From a virus, in the IMG/VR virus record IMGVR_UViG_3300042374_001687, positions 64,001-128,000 of that record: a stretch of 64,000 nucleotides of DNA. One strand, written 5' to 3'. A program made the translations under genes and the position numbers. The notes beneath the pieces were generated by a model. That model was not told the DNA's origin. It was given only the letters and a program-made list of their open reading frames with translations, and ran no database searches. Of the stretch, positions 26,964-36,706 are shown in pieces (the first letter of the stretch is position 1; each line of letters starts with the position of its first letter).

Positions 26964-29459
26964 GTGTCGATGGCTTGGTGGGATTTTTACAAGTTGTGGA
27001 CTTATCAATTTGAGAAAGGTCCCATAGAAAGAATGGACACCGCCCAAATAACCGGGGCGGGCGTTGTGGTTCCGGACGCCATGCCGGATCTGCGGGGGGA
27101 TTCCTTTGGCCTGACTCAGTCACAGATCAGGCTGTATGACAGCAACGACTTTATAGACCTGTCTACTGTTACCAACAGGCAATCCAGGTACAAGGAATAC
27201 GAAAGGCTCAGAAGCGTGGCTGAGATGGAAATGGCCATGACCGTGATCAGCGACGAGGCTTGCGTATCCGGCGATACAAAGATAGCCACACTTTTTGACG
27301 GCCAAAAAAGTATCAAGTGGCTGACCGAGAGATGGAGGAAGGATCCTAGTCCCTTCCTTGTTTACTGTTGGGATTTTGAAAAAGAAGATTATTCCTTGGG
27401 CTGGGCGTACGATCCTAGGGTTGTAAAGACAGAAAAGACGATCAGGGTGCTTCTTGACGACGGAAGCAGTTTCGTAGTGACGCCCGACCACAGAATACTG
27501 ACGAGGGATCAGGAATGGGTTCATGCAGAAGATCTTGAGGTTGGGAGCGAACTGATGCCGTTCTACCGAATGGATCCGAACAAGAAGATAAATAGCTTCA
27601 AGTCAAGGCAATTCCCCAGAATATTCACATTTGACGGATGGAAGCACGAGCGCCAGTTCATAGACGAGTGGAGGGACGGAAAGTCAAAATACAAGAGGGT
27701 GAGCGAAGCATCCAGGCTTATAGCTGCGGGTGCCACATGTCGCTCCGTGGAAAGCATGATGAAGCACTCATGGAAGAGCATAGATTCATGGATCAGAAAA
27801 GAAGGGTTTTGCACCAAAGAACTCAAGTGGCTGGGGAAGAGGAAGGACAGGCGGAGAGTGGTCGGAATACTACCCCATAAGGAAATGGAGGTTTTTGATC
27901 TTAGCGTAAAAGACCACGAGAATTTCTGTACTGACAGCGTTGTGATGCACAACTGCCAGAAGAACGAAAAGGGAAATGTTCTGACAATAACGGTGGAGAA
28001 CGAGCAGATAAAGAAAGAACTTGAATTCTTATGCTTCAACAGGAAGATGCTCAATCTTAACCGTAAGGCTTGGCAGATGGTAAAGAAGCTCTGCATATTT
28101 GGCGACGGCTTCTATGAACTCATAACCGACCCTAAGAATCCAAAGTACGGAGTGCTCAAGATCCAAGAACTACCCCCTGACAGCATGTACAAGATAGTAA
28201 CAACTAAGGGAAGGGTGGTGGAATTCCAGCAGAGTAAAGAGGGGCCGGACTATCAAGCCCTGACACGCAGCGAAGTCTCAAAAGCAACTGACCAGGAGTT
28301 GATGCAGTCCACGGCGATCAGGTTCGCCCCCACACAAGTAATCCACATGTACCTGGGTGACGACAGAAGGACGTTTTATCCATACGGACAAAGCCTTATG
28401 GAGCCGGCCAGAGGGCCTGCCCACCAGTTGAGACTTATGGAGGACGCGATGATGGTATATCGCCTCTCCAGAGCTCCCGAGCGTAGGGTTTTCTACATAG
28501 ATGTCGGACAGTTGCCGCCATTCAAAGCCGAGGCGTTTGTGGAAAGGATGAAAGATCAATTCCGGAAAAAGAAGGTTCCGGCCGCAAGGGGAGCGGGAGC
28601 AAATGCGGTCGAGGAAAGATGGCACGCACCGGCGGCTGACGAGGACTACTGGATTCCGATCCGACCGAGTGCGAATACTAGGATAGAAACCCTCCCCGGA
28701 GCCCAGAACCTTGGCGAGATCGATGATGCCCTATATTTCAGGAACAAGCTTTTCACAGCACTCAACTTCCCAAAGAACTACCTGAGCAATGAGGATGTGG
28801 GGGCGACAAGAATAACGCTGAGCGCCCAAGACGCAAGGTTTGCAAGGATGGTAGAAAGAATACAATCAAGCATGGAGGATGCAATACTTGAAATATGTGA
28901 GCGTCACCTTGAAATGAGAGGGTTCCCATCAGAGGCCTATGAAGACCTTAAGATAGAGATGACGCCACCGAGCAGCTGGAGGGAACTGAGCGAGGCCGAG
29001 ATCATGAACAACAGGATCAACGCGGTAACGACGCTGAAGTCCTCCATGCTCATGAGCGATTTTGACTTGCTTACTAAATTCCTCAAGATCAGCGAGGAGG
29101 AGGCCGTTAGAATAATATCAAGGAACAAGATTCAGAAACTAGAAGACCTCAAGATCCAGATAATAGGACAAAACCCGCAGCTTTTGGGAGTAGGTACGCC
29201 AGGAATTCCAACCGGGGAGCCTGAAATTGGAGCCGAACGAGGCGGCCCCACGCCAAACCTAGAGGCACCCGAAGAGTCCGAAAGCGAAATAAACCAGACG
29301 GAAGAGGAAAGTCCCGAGGCGGAAACGGGAGAAGGCCAAGAAATAACGGCCGAACTCCCAGACCCCAGCGAAGAGGACATCAAAAAGTACGATTTGGGCA
29401 TAGAGAACTACAGCAAGGATATAGACAACGAGGACATAGACTGGAGCGAAGAGGGATGA
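26964..29459 (+). CDS. Portal protein (T4 gp20-like) containing an intein
   Basis: 'LRLMEDAMMVYRLSRAPERRVFYIDVGQLP..KAE', 'EDYWIP', 'IETLPGAQNLGEIDD..YFRNKLF.AL..P'. Confidence 0.95.
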   Translation: MSMAWWDFYKLWTYQFEKGPIERMDTAQITGAGVVVPDAMPDLRGDSFGLTQSQIRLYDSNDFIDLSTVTNRQSRYKEYERLRSVAEMEMAMTVISDEACVSGDTKIATLFDGQKSIKWLTERWRKDPSPFLVYCWDFEKEDYSLGWAYDPRVVKTEKTIRVLLDDGSSFVVTPDHRILTRDQEWVHAEDLEVGSELMPFYRMDPNKKINSFKSRQFPRIFTFDGWKHERQFIDEWRDGKSKYKRVSEASRLIAAGATCRSVESMMKHSWKSIDSWIRKEGFCTKELKWLGKRKDRRRVVGILPHKEMEVFDLSVKDHENFCTDSVVMHNCQKNEKGNVLTITVENEQIKKELEFLCFNRKMLNLNRKAWQMVKKLCIFGDGFYELITDPKNPKYGVLKIQELPPDSMYKIVTTKGRVVEFQQSKEGPDYQALTRSEVSKATDQELMQSTAIRFAPTQVIHMYLGDDRRTFYPYGQSLMEPARGPAHQLRLMEDAMMVYRLSRAPERRVFYIDVGQLPPFKAEAFVERMKDQFRKKKVPAARGAGANAVEERWHAPAADEDYWIPIRPSANTRIETLPGAQNLGEIDDALYFRNKLFTALNFPKNYLSNEDVGATRITLSAQDARFARMVERIQSSMEDAILEICERHLEMRGFPSEAYEDLKIEMTPPSSWRELSEAEIMNNRINAVTTLKSSMLMSDFDLLTKFLKISEEEAVRIISRNKIQKLEDLKIQIIGQNPQLLGVGTPGIPTGEPEIGAERGGPTPNLEAPEESESEINQTEEESPEAETGEGQEITAELPDPSEEDIKKYDLGIENYSKDIDNEDIDWSEEG
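27261..27953 (+). mobile_element. Intein (231 aa) in the portal protein
   Basis: Block A 'CVSGDTKI', block B 'VTPDHRIL', block F 'VFDLSV', and block G 'VMHN' followed by extein Cys. Confidence 0.9.
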
Positions 29460-29632
29460 CGGAACACGAAATAAGGAACAAGCTTAATGAAATACGGGAG
29501 TATGTGTGCTCCAAGTACTTCACGACAGATCAAGCCAAAGCCCTTTATGCCGAAAAAGAGAAACTGGAAAAGATGCTGGAGGTTTTGTCAAATGATAAAG
29601 AGAAAGCCCGGGATAAGCGCAAAGAAGATTGA
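29456..29632 (+). CDS. Small hypothetical protein (58 aa, not in ORF track)
   Basis: ATGA-coupled to the portal stop; MTEHEIRNKLNEIREY... Confidence 0.5.
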   Translation: MTEHEIRNKLNEIREYVCSKYFTTDQAKALYAEKEKLEKMLEVLSNDKEKARDKRKED

Positions 29633-29786
29633 AAAGCTCGCAAAGCAAGGCCGGCTGAGGGATAATTTTGAAATTTGGGTTGACAAGCACAACCACAAGA
29701 TGGAACTTATTAGAACCTTAACAAGCGTTATGGGTCTCATAGTTTCTTCAATCGTGATGCTTAAGGTTTTCGGGCTGATTAAATAG
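29592..29786 (+). CDS. Small membrane protein
   Basis: GGAGG RBS before ATG 29592 and a C-terminal TM helix. Confidence 0.55.
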   Translation: MIKRKPGISAKKIEKLAKQGRLRDNFEIWVDKHNHKMELIRTLTSVMGLIVSSIVMLKVFGLIK

Positions 29787-29793
29787 ATATAGC

Positions 29794-30420
29794 ATGACCA
29801 ATTTCAAAGAATGGCTCATCTCTGAGGCCGCCATAGTGCCGGAGAAGATCCAGTATGACGAAAAAGGAAGACCCAACTTCCGCGTGTACTTCATGAATGA
29901 AGGCCAGACGATAGGGCTGGAGGTGCTGCAAGGGGGAGGATACAAATTTGCAGGCGATCTCATAAGCGATGTGTTTGGAAACACGCAAATTCTACAAGGC
30001 TACAAGTTGTTTAATTGGCACAACGATCTACCCAAGGACGGAGGCTACAGCCCGATGTTCTACGACATCGCCATGGAACTCGCGACAAAGAAGGGCGGAT
30101 ATCTGGTGTCCGCAACCTTGGTCAACAGGCTTGTCGGAGCAAAGAACGCAAAGGAAAACAAGGGCTACGCGGGAGGAGACACCAGCGATGGAGCAGAGGC
30201 CATCTACAAGTTCTACTACGAAAGAAGAGGCGATGTTGAGAAGGTGCAGCCCAATCTGATTTTGATGAACGAACCAGACCAAGCCAACAAACCATATCTG
30301 TACGAACTCTATAAGAAAAGCCCGACAGTCATACCCAAACTGATCCAGATGAATTCAAAAGGACAGCCTGTGCTAGTGTCGGGGATGGGCATACATGCGA
30401 AGCCCATCATGAGCCTTTAG
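29794..30420 (+). CDS. GNAT-like protein with capsid-targeting-like N-terminus (MTNFKEWLISE)
   Basis: TAGATA upstream. 'GGYSPMFYDIAMELA...G.LVS...S.GAEAIYKFY' resembles the GNAT motif A/B region. Confidence 0.5.
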   Translation: MTNFKEWLISEAAIVPEKIQYDEKGRPNFRVYFMNEGQTIGLEVLQGGGYKFAGDLISDVFGNTQILQGYKLFNWHNDLPKDGGYSPMFYDIAMELATKKGGYLVSATLVNRLVGAKNAKENKGYAGGDTSDGAEAIYKFYYERRGDVEKVQPNLILMNEPDQANKPYLYELYKKSPTVIPKLIQMNSKGQPVLVSGMGIHAKPIMSL

Positions 30421-31601
30421 AATCCGACCTTTCTCTTCTCTTCCTCCTCGTGGAAGTTGTCGTCGTCATTGTATATTTCGGCAAGGGTCATGGGAGAATC
30501 TGTCCTTCTCGAGGATCCCATGGACTCCAACACTCGGTTCGCATCCTCGGCGGACAAGGCTTTGAAGCAGTGCTCAAAAAGGAGCCTCCCCTTCCTAACA
30601 AGCGCCGAGTCTATGTTCTCGCGCTCTATGTTGAAGGTTGCGATGATCATGATGTTGAGGCAGTCGCCCAGTATGCCGTCGGTGATGTTTAGTATGTTGC
30701 TGACAGCACCGTTGTCTCCCGAGTCCCGGCTCCTTATTACCTTCTCGGCGTCCTCCAGCAAGAGTATGGAATTCCTGTGTCCCATCATAAAACTCAAAAA
30801 ATCGGGACTTGTGAGCTGCTCGGCGGCGGCGGAGGAAAGATATATCACCTTCCTGTTGGTCTTAGTTGTGAGATACTTTATGAATGTGCTCTTGCCAGTG
30901 CCGGGGTCTCCTGAAAAAAGAACAAGGCCGTTCTTGTTTTTGGACAGAAGATCCACGACCCTTCCGAGTTTCTCGGAATAATCGCGGCCATAGTTGAGTT
31001 CAATGTCCACGGAGGGAGGAAGCTTTATATTAAATCTCTGGAGCGATAGCATCCCGTCAGAGGCGCAAAGCAGATAAACATTACTGTGCTTCCTGGGTTC
31101 GGGTTCCAATTCAAAACAGCCCTTGACCTTTTCTAGGGTCTCGGAAGAAGCATAAAGTATGCGACCTCTGTAATTGGTGAAATCTTTGTCCTCTTCCTCC
31201 TCCTCGTCGTCGGCCTCGTCAATGTGAAAATAATTCCTTCTCAAGAGGCTTTCTTTTCTGTATATCAGGATCATGGAGTCCTCGTACTCGTAGCAAATTT
31301 CCGTGTTGTCCACGAGTTTTTTGCCGTCTATAAGCGTCTCCAGTTCGCACTGAAAAAACCTCTTGGCGCCCATCTTTTCAAGGTTTTCCAGCGTGGAAAC
31401 GCTTATGGGCGACTGGTACTCGTAGACCGATGGCTGTTTGGAGTGACGGTCCACATAGTTGTAGAAAAAATTAAGGTATGTTCCGTAGTCGCCCGAGTTA
31501 GTCTTGCGACCGTAAGGATTGGAATTTAGGTCTTTCATTCCATTATCATAATCCCGACTGTTAAAAAAATCAAGGCCTTTCAGGGATTTTTGAGTTATCA
31601 A
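30417..31601 (-). CDS. AAA+ ATPase
   Basis: Walker A 'GDPGTGKST', Walker B 'LLLEDAE', 'ILNITDG' and SRH 'DSALVRKGR'. The true start may be ~31538. Confidence 0.9.
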   Translation of the reverse strand: MITQKSLKGLDFFNSRDYDNGMKDLNSNPYGRKTNSGDYGTYLNFFYNYVDRHSKQPSVYEYQSPISVSTLENLEKMGAKRFFQCELETLIDGKKLVDNTEICYEYEDSMILIYRKESLLRRNYFHIDEADDEEEEEDKDFTNYRGRILYASSETLEKVKGCFELEPEPRKHSNVYLLCASDGMLSLQRFNIKLPPSVDIELNYGRDYSEKLGRVVDLLSKNKNGLVLFSGDPGTGKSTFIKYLTTKTNRKVIYLSSAAAEQLTSPDFLSFMMGHRNSILLLEDAEKVIRSRDSGDNGAVSNILNITDGILGDCLNIMIIATFNIERENIDSALVRKGRLLFEHCFKALSAEDANRVLESMGSSRRTDSPMTLAEIYNDDDNFHEEEEKRKVGF

Positions 31602-31720
31602 GCATACTATACAGATGACGTTGGGTCGCTATGCCAATTCGTCGAAAAAAAGGCCTGCCCGACTATATAGAACTATGTGCCACGGTTTTTAGGGCTGAAA
31701 AAGACTAGGAGTATATTGAC

Positions 31721-33517
31721 ATGAAAAGAAAACTCATCGAGTACGATGCATTCAACAAAATAAAGACGGAGTCGCTGTCGAACGCCCAGAAGGAATTGGA
31801 GGCGGCGTCCAACCTTCTGGCCGTGGCTCTGGAGATGGAAGGACTTTCCTTGGACTCATTCGGGCCCAATGAAGTACTGTTCGAATCGCTGGACGGTGAT
31901 TTCGTCCACGCAAACTATGAAATAAAGAATGGTTATGTGCAGTTTGACAATGTCGAGCAGCTCGTGATCAACGAGGAGAGTGAGGCTGCCAAGTCGAAGG
32001 AAGTTATATCGCGCATGATCGACTCGCTCATCGAGAGCGACGAGGCCAAGGCCAACGAGATCTTCGCGGAGTGGATGAACCTCCCAAGAACAAAGAGAAT
32101 ATTCACCGAGACCAAGAAGCTCCGCGTAGTCCCGATCCGAAAGAGGGTCGGCGGCAAAACAAAGATCGTCGGCTACAGAAAGGCGCGCTGGAGTGTCACT
32201 CCCCACTCGCACGAGAGCGGAAGCAAGACGGCCAAGAGAATGCGCATGAAGAGGGCCAGCCAGAGAAAAATGCCACTCGGCCTAAAGAAGTTCCTCGCCG
32301 CGAGGCGCGACAGGGTCAAGAAGACAATCGGCGAGTGGAATGTGATCGCCGAAAACGTGCTGAACTACCTTGATCTAACACAGAACGGCCCGGTTGTTGA
32401 CCAGTGCGGCGTCTTGAGGAAAGAGAACGAGATCGTTTCGGTCAGGGTTCCGACCATGAAACTCAGGAACGAGGCCAAACTCCTCAAGTTCAACTGGGAC
32501 ACTATGAACACCGATGTCGTTGTCAAGAGAAGCAACGCCAAGAAGATGAATGAGAACAGCGAATTCGTCAAGGAAATCGCCGAACTCAAGAGAGCCAACG
32601 CCCTCTCCGACACCAAGTCGTTTGAGGAGTCACTCGAGAGCATCTCCACAAAGTATGCCGACTGCATCTATCTGACCGAGGGAGAACTCGCCAGACAGAT
32701 AAAGCTGTGCCTAGAGTCCGCTGCGGCCAGCAACTACGACGATGAAACATGCCAGTTCCTGGCTGAGGGCATCATCAGGACGATCCACGAAAACTTCGTG
32801 GAGCGTGTCGCGAAGATCGTAAAGCTCGCCGGATCCAAGATCAACGAGGAAGCCGCCGACAAGTATGCCGAGTTCAAGGCCATCGCCGAAACCTATTTCA
32901 AGAAGTTGGACGAGTCCAGAATGCTTGAGATGCAGGCCTTCGTCGATGTGTATGAAGCCCTGAGACAAGTTCACGAACTAGCTAAGGAAGAGAACAACGA
33001 GATAGTTGCCGAGGAAGCCGCCGCTCAACTGGACAGCTTGCTGCCCATCGTGAAGGGCGAGGCTGAACTTTCGGCCGAAGTTCTCGGCGAGGCCGCCGAA
33101 CTCCTATATGACATCGTGGAAGGCACGATGCCCGAGGAGTGGAAGGTTTCGGAGCCGGTCGTCAGCGCCGAGGGCGAGCACCCCGAAGTCGCCAAGAAGG
33201 GCAAGACTAGCCAGTCGCCCGCCGAGATGCAGGGCAGAACGCCCGAAGCTCAGCACACAAGCGACGGAAAGGAATGCGACGGTGACGCGGCCCGCGAACT
33301 TGAAGGCGAGGGCTGGAGCAACCTGGGCGGCGAGGGAGTCTACCCCGAGCTTGATAACCCGTACGTACTCAAGGCCGGAGAATACAAGATTGCCAACGAG
33401 AAGGACATTGATTCCGACTCCGATCAGCTAGCGCACTGGGGAGACGCCGACACATGGCCGAACCTCCAGAATCCTTATTCCAAGGCCAGCGTCACGCCGA
33501 AGTCTGTCAAAGAGTAA
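31721..33517 (+). CDS. Large prohead core/head assembly protein
   Basis: First gene of the head operon, directly before the protease. Acidic coiled-coil with a very basic central segment (T4 gp68-like). TATATA upstream and GC-rich codons. Confidence 0.6.
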   Translation: MKRKLIEYDAFNKIKTESLSNAQKELEAASNLLAVALEMEGLSLDSFGPNEVLFESLDGDFVHANYEIKNGYVQFDNVEQLVINEESEAAKSKEVISRMIDSLIESDEAKANEIFAEWMNLPRTKRIFTETKKLRVVPIRKRVGGKTKIVGYRKARWSVTPHSHESGSKTAKRMRMKRASQRKMPLGLKKFLAARRDRVKKTIGEWNVIAENVLNYLDLTQNGPVVDQCGVLRKENEIVSVRVPTMKLRNEAKLLKFNWDTMNTDVVVKRSNAKKMNENSEFVKEIAELKRANALSDTKSFEESLESISTKYADCIYLTEGELARQIKLCLESAAASNYDDETCQFLAEGIIRTIHENFVERVAKIVKLAGSKINEEAADKYAEFKAIAETYFKKLDESRMLEMQAFVDVYEALRQVHELAKEENNEIVAEEAAAQLDSLLPIVKGEAELSAEVLGEAAELLYDIVEGTMPEEWKVSEPVVSAEGEHPEVAKKGKTSQSPAEMQGRTPEAQHTSDGKECDGDAARELEGEGWSNLGGEGVYPELDNPYVLKAGEYKIANEKDIDSDSDQLAHWGDADTWPNLQNPYSKASVTPKSVKE

Positions 33518-33535
33518 CAAATAGGAGGGACCCAC

Positions 33536-34255
33536 ATGAATCTGTTGCTAGAGCATGACCAGACGCCGGGCACTGTTTACGAGAATAGACTTATTCTCGG
33601 AGGCGGATGCTGCGCCGTACTAAACGAGATGGACTTGCACGAGTCCGCCGGAACCGGCGGGAATGTCGTCAAGTTCAGGGGCAAGTTTCAAGAAGCCGAC
33701 GCGATCAACAAGAACAAGAGGACATACCCGTTCAGTGTTCTGGACGATAATGTCAAGAGCCTCATGGAGACCATTTCCAGCGGCGGCCTCATCGGCGAGC
33801 TGGACCACCCCACGGACAGCATAGTCCACTTCACGAACGCCTCCCACAAGATCACAAAACTCTGGTGGGAGGGTAAGACCCTCATGGGTGAAGGGGTAAT
33901 ACTGAACACTCCCCACGGCAAGATACTCAAGGCGCTCATCAACGACGGCGTCCGAGTGGGAATCAGCAGCCGCGGGGTTGGTAACGGAAAGGTGAACGAG
34001 AACGGAATACTTGTCATCGGCGAGAGCTACAAGCTCATAACCTTTGATGCTGTCGCCGACCCGAGCACCAGCCAGGCTTTCCAGGAAAAAGTGGTTTCCA
34101 AAGAGAGCGTGACCCCCAAGACAGTCCAGCAGGAAGTTCATTCGGTTAAAAATGAAACCAGCAGCATACATACTCTGAGCAAAGAGCTCATTCTTGCTGC
34201 TTTCGGCGGGATTGTTCAACAACAAGCCAGAGTTATTAAAGAGAGGACAAACTAA
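33536..34255 (+). CDS. Prohead protease (T4 gp21-like, peptidase U9/S77)
   Basis: 'NKNKRTY', 'GELDHP', 'SHKI', 'GISSRGVG' and 'FDAVADPS'. Confidence 0.95.
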   Translation: MNLLLEHDQTPGTVYENRLILGGGCCAVLNEMDLHESAGTGGNVVKFRGKFQEADAINKNKRTYPFSVLDDNVKSLMETISSGGLIGELDHPTDSIVHFTNASHKITKLWWEGKTLMGEGVILNTPHGKILKALINDGVRVGISSRGVGNGKVNENGILVIGESYKLITFDAVADPSTSQAFQEKVVSKESVTPKTVQQEVHSVKNETSSIHTLSKELILAAFGGIVQQQARVIKERTN

Positions 34256-35169
34256 TGGAAAAAATTGTAGAGGCTTTGACCAAACTGCTCCCCGAGGACG
34301 CCGTCACGGAAGTCACCGAGGCAGTCAAGAACGAACTGGAAGGTGCCAAGCAGGCGTACGAGCAAGAGTTCAACTCCAAGCTCGAGGAAGCCTATGCAGA
34401 ACTTTCCGAGGAACTGAAGACCGCCGAGGAGACCGCCATCCAAGGCTATAAGGAAGCGTACGCGATCATCCAGGATCTCCGCAGCCGCCTTGAGACGCAG
34501 CAGAAGGAATTCGAGGCCTCGATGGAAGAGGGCTACGAGGAGGCCTACCAGATGCTGCTCGCCGAGAAGGGCAAGAACGAGAACCTCGAGGTAGAGATGT
34601 ACGAGCAGTTCAATACAAAACTCCAGGAGATGAAGGAGTACATGGTCGACAAGGTCGACGCCTTCCTCCAGTACAAGGGCGCCGAGATATACGAATCGGC
34701 CCACAAGGAAATCACGAGCGATCCGAGACTGGTGGAGCACAAGTCCGCCCTCGACAAGGTCGTGGAATGCGTTGCCAACTACATCGGGGACGAAGAGTTC
34801 GCCGGTGTCAACAACGCGAAGGTTGAAGAAATCGCCCGCAAGGCTGAGGAACTCAAGAGCCAGGTCAAGATCCTGGAGGCTAGGAACATCAGACTGAGCG
34901 CCGAGAACACGAAACTCACCGAGGCCGTCAGGGAGACCCAGAAGGTCATCACCGAATCGGTCGAGGCCGAGAAGAAAGAAAGAGCAGAAAAGGCAAAGAA
35001 TGTGCAGGGGAGAGGACGTGCCGTCAACGACTCTGAGCTTGTTGCCGAATGGAATAACAATAAGTCCGAAGAAAAGAAGCCAAACGTTGACACAACATTG
35101 GTCGAAAGTCTCGATCCTGACTTGCTTCGTCAAATGCAGGTCCTAGCCGGAACGAAAAACAACGACTGA
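34255..35169 (+). CDS. Prohead scaffold protein (T4 gp22-like)
   Basis: Glu/Ala-rich coiled coil between the protease and the MCP. 'ITES' and 'LVES' are cleavage-like sites. Confidence 0.8.
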   Translation: MEKIVEALTKLLPEDAVTEVTEAVKNELEGAKQAYEQEFNSKLEEAYAELSEELKTAEETAIQGYKEAYAIIQDLRSRLETQQKEFEASMEEGYEEAYQMLLAEKGKNENLEVEMYEQFNTKLQEMKEYMVDKVDAFLQYKGAEIYESAHKEITSDPRLVEHKSALDKVVECVANYIGDEEFAGVNNAKVEEIARKAEELKSQVKILEARNIRLSAENTKLTEAVRETQKVITESVEAEKKERAEKAKNVQGRGRAVNDSELVAEWNNNKSEEKKPNVDTTLVESLDPDLLRQMQVLAGTKNND

Positions 35170-35205
35170 TCAGAATCTTTAGTATAACCAAGGAGAAAAC
35201 CAAAA

Positions 35206-36633
35206 ATGCAAGCAAATGCAAAGTTCCTAAATGAAGCAAGGGAGCTGGAATCTCGTTGGGCGCAAACAGGTTTGCTAGAGAACATAAGCGACAAGTACAC
35301 ACGTTCTTGCACTGCCGTTCTCCTCGAAAACCAGCGTCTCATCAACGAGAACTCGACCGACTCGGGCGACGTCGCCCAGTTCAAGAGGATCTCGATTCCG
35401 CTCGTCCGTAGAATTTACCCCCAGCTGATCGCCAACAAGGTGGTCTCGGTTCAGCCGTTGCTCGGCCCGACCGGCCTCGTCTATTACCTCCGTTTTAGAT
35501 ACGGCAGCAACAAGGGCAGCGTCCGTGGAGCCACCAAGAGCGGCTTCCCCACAGACGACGCCAACTCGCTCCAGCAGCTCGCCAGCGGCGATGCCAACCT
35601 GAGCGTCTACTACTCGCACCAGTTCGTTGAGAACGAGACGAGTGCCACAGACGCCGGCGGCACCAGCACCAGCGTGACGCTTGAGCACACCCCGGTTCTC
35701 GCCGGAACCGTGACCGGCACCGTCTATGACGGTGACGTCGCCGTCCAGACCTTCGTGGTCTCGGAAAGCGGCTCGTTCACGTTCCACGACATCGGATCGC
35801 CCTCGGCCAAGGTCACCAGCGCCACGCTGAACCTGACCACAGGCGAGATGGGCCTGACTTGGAACAGCGACCCGGGTGCCAACCATGTTACCGTCTCGTA
35901 CGAGTACAACATGGAATGCAACCAGGACCTCCCCGAAATCAACCTCGTTGTTGAGTCGGAAGAGATCGCCGCCAAGACCCGCAAGTTGAAGGCCGTGTGG
36001 AGCTACGAGGCCCAGCAGGACCTCCGCAGTCAGCACAACCTCGACGCCGAGGCCGAGCTCACAGCCGTTCTGGCTCAAGAGATCAACCTCGAGATCGACC
36101 GTGAAGTTCTCAGCGACCTCCGCAACAACGCGGGCACAGTCGCCTCGTGGGACTTCAATACCGCCCTTGGTGATACCATCAAGGAAAAGTATGAGTCGCT
36201 CTACGTCAAGGTCGTCGAAGTCAGCAACGTGGTGCATCGCAAGACGCTCCGCGGCGGCTGCAACTGGCTCGTCACCAGCCCCGAAGTTGCCTCGATCTTC
36301 GAGACAGCCACCGCTGGTTTCGCTCCGGCCCCCTCGGAAGGCTTCACATCGTCGCTCGGCATCCAGTATGTCGGCACCGTGAACAACCGTTGGAGACTCT
36401 ACAAGGATCCGCTGTTCCCGACGGGACAGATCCTCATGGGTTACAAGGGTGACTCGTACATGGACAGTGGTTACTTCTACTGCCCGTACGTGCCGCTTAC
36501 CCAGACGCCAGTCGTGCTCGATCCCGAGTCCTTCTGCCCGCGTAAGGGAATACTTACCCGCTATGGTAAGAAGCTCCTCCGCGAAGGCGCGAAGTTCTAC
36601 GCCAGACTCAGCGTTGCTAATTTTGTGATTTAG
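35206..36633 (+). CDS. Major capsid protein (T4 gp23-like)
   Basis: 'AVLLENQ', 'IPLVRR', 'VSVQPLLGPTGLVYYLR', 'KTRKLKAVWS.EAQQDL...H.LDAEAEL..LA.EI..EIDREV' and 'YCPYVPL'. Confidence 0.97.
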   Translation: MQANAKFLNEARELESRWAQTGLLENISDKYTRSCTAVLLENQRLINENSTDSGDVAQFKRISIPLVRRIYPQLIANKVVSVQPLLGPTGLVYYLRFRYGSNKGSVRGATKSGFPTDDANSLQQLASGDANLSVYYSHQFVENETSATDAGGTSTSVTLEHTPVLAGTVTGTVYDGDVAVQTFVVSESGSFTFHDIGSPSAKVTSATLNLTTGEMGLTWNSDPGANHVTVSYEYNMECNQDLPEINLVVESEEIAAKTRKLKAVWSYEAQQDLRSQHNLDAEAELTAVLAQEINLEIDREVLSDLRNNAGTVASWDFNTALGDTIKEKYESLYVKVVEVSNVVHRKTLRGGCNWLVTSPEVASIFETATAGFAPAPSEGFTSSLGIQYVGTVNNRWRLYKDPLFPTGQILMGYKGDSYMDSGYFYCPYVPLTQTPVVLDPESFCPRKGILTRYGKKLLREGAKFYARLSVANFVI

Positions 36634-36669
36634 CGGAAACCCTTGCTGAACGCAAAGAGTTACGAACAG

Positions 36670-36706
36670 AAACCCTCGGCAGAAATGCTGGGGGTTTTTT
36701 GTTTTC
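36670..36706 (+). terminator. Intrinsic terminator after the MCP
   Basis: aaaccctcggca-gaaa-tgctggggttt followed by a T-run. Confidence 0.8.
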
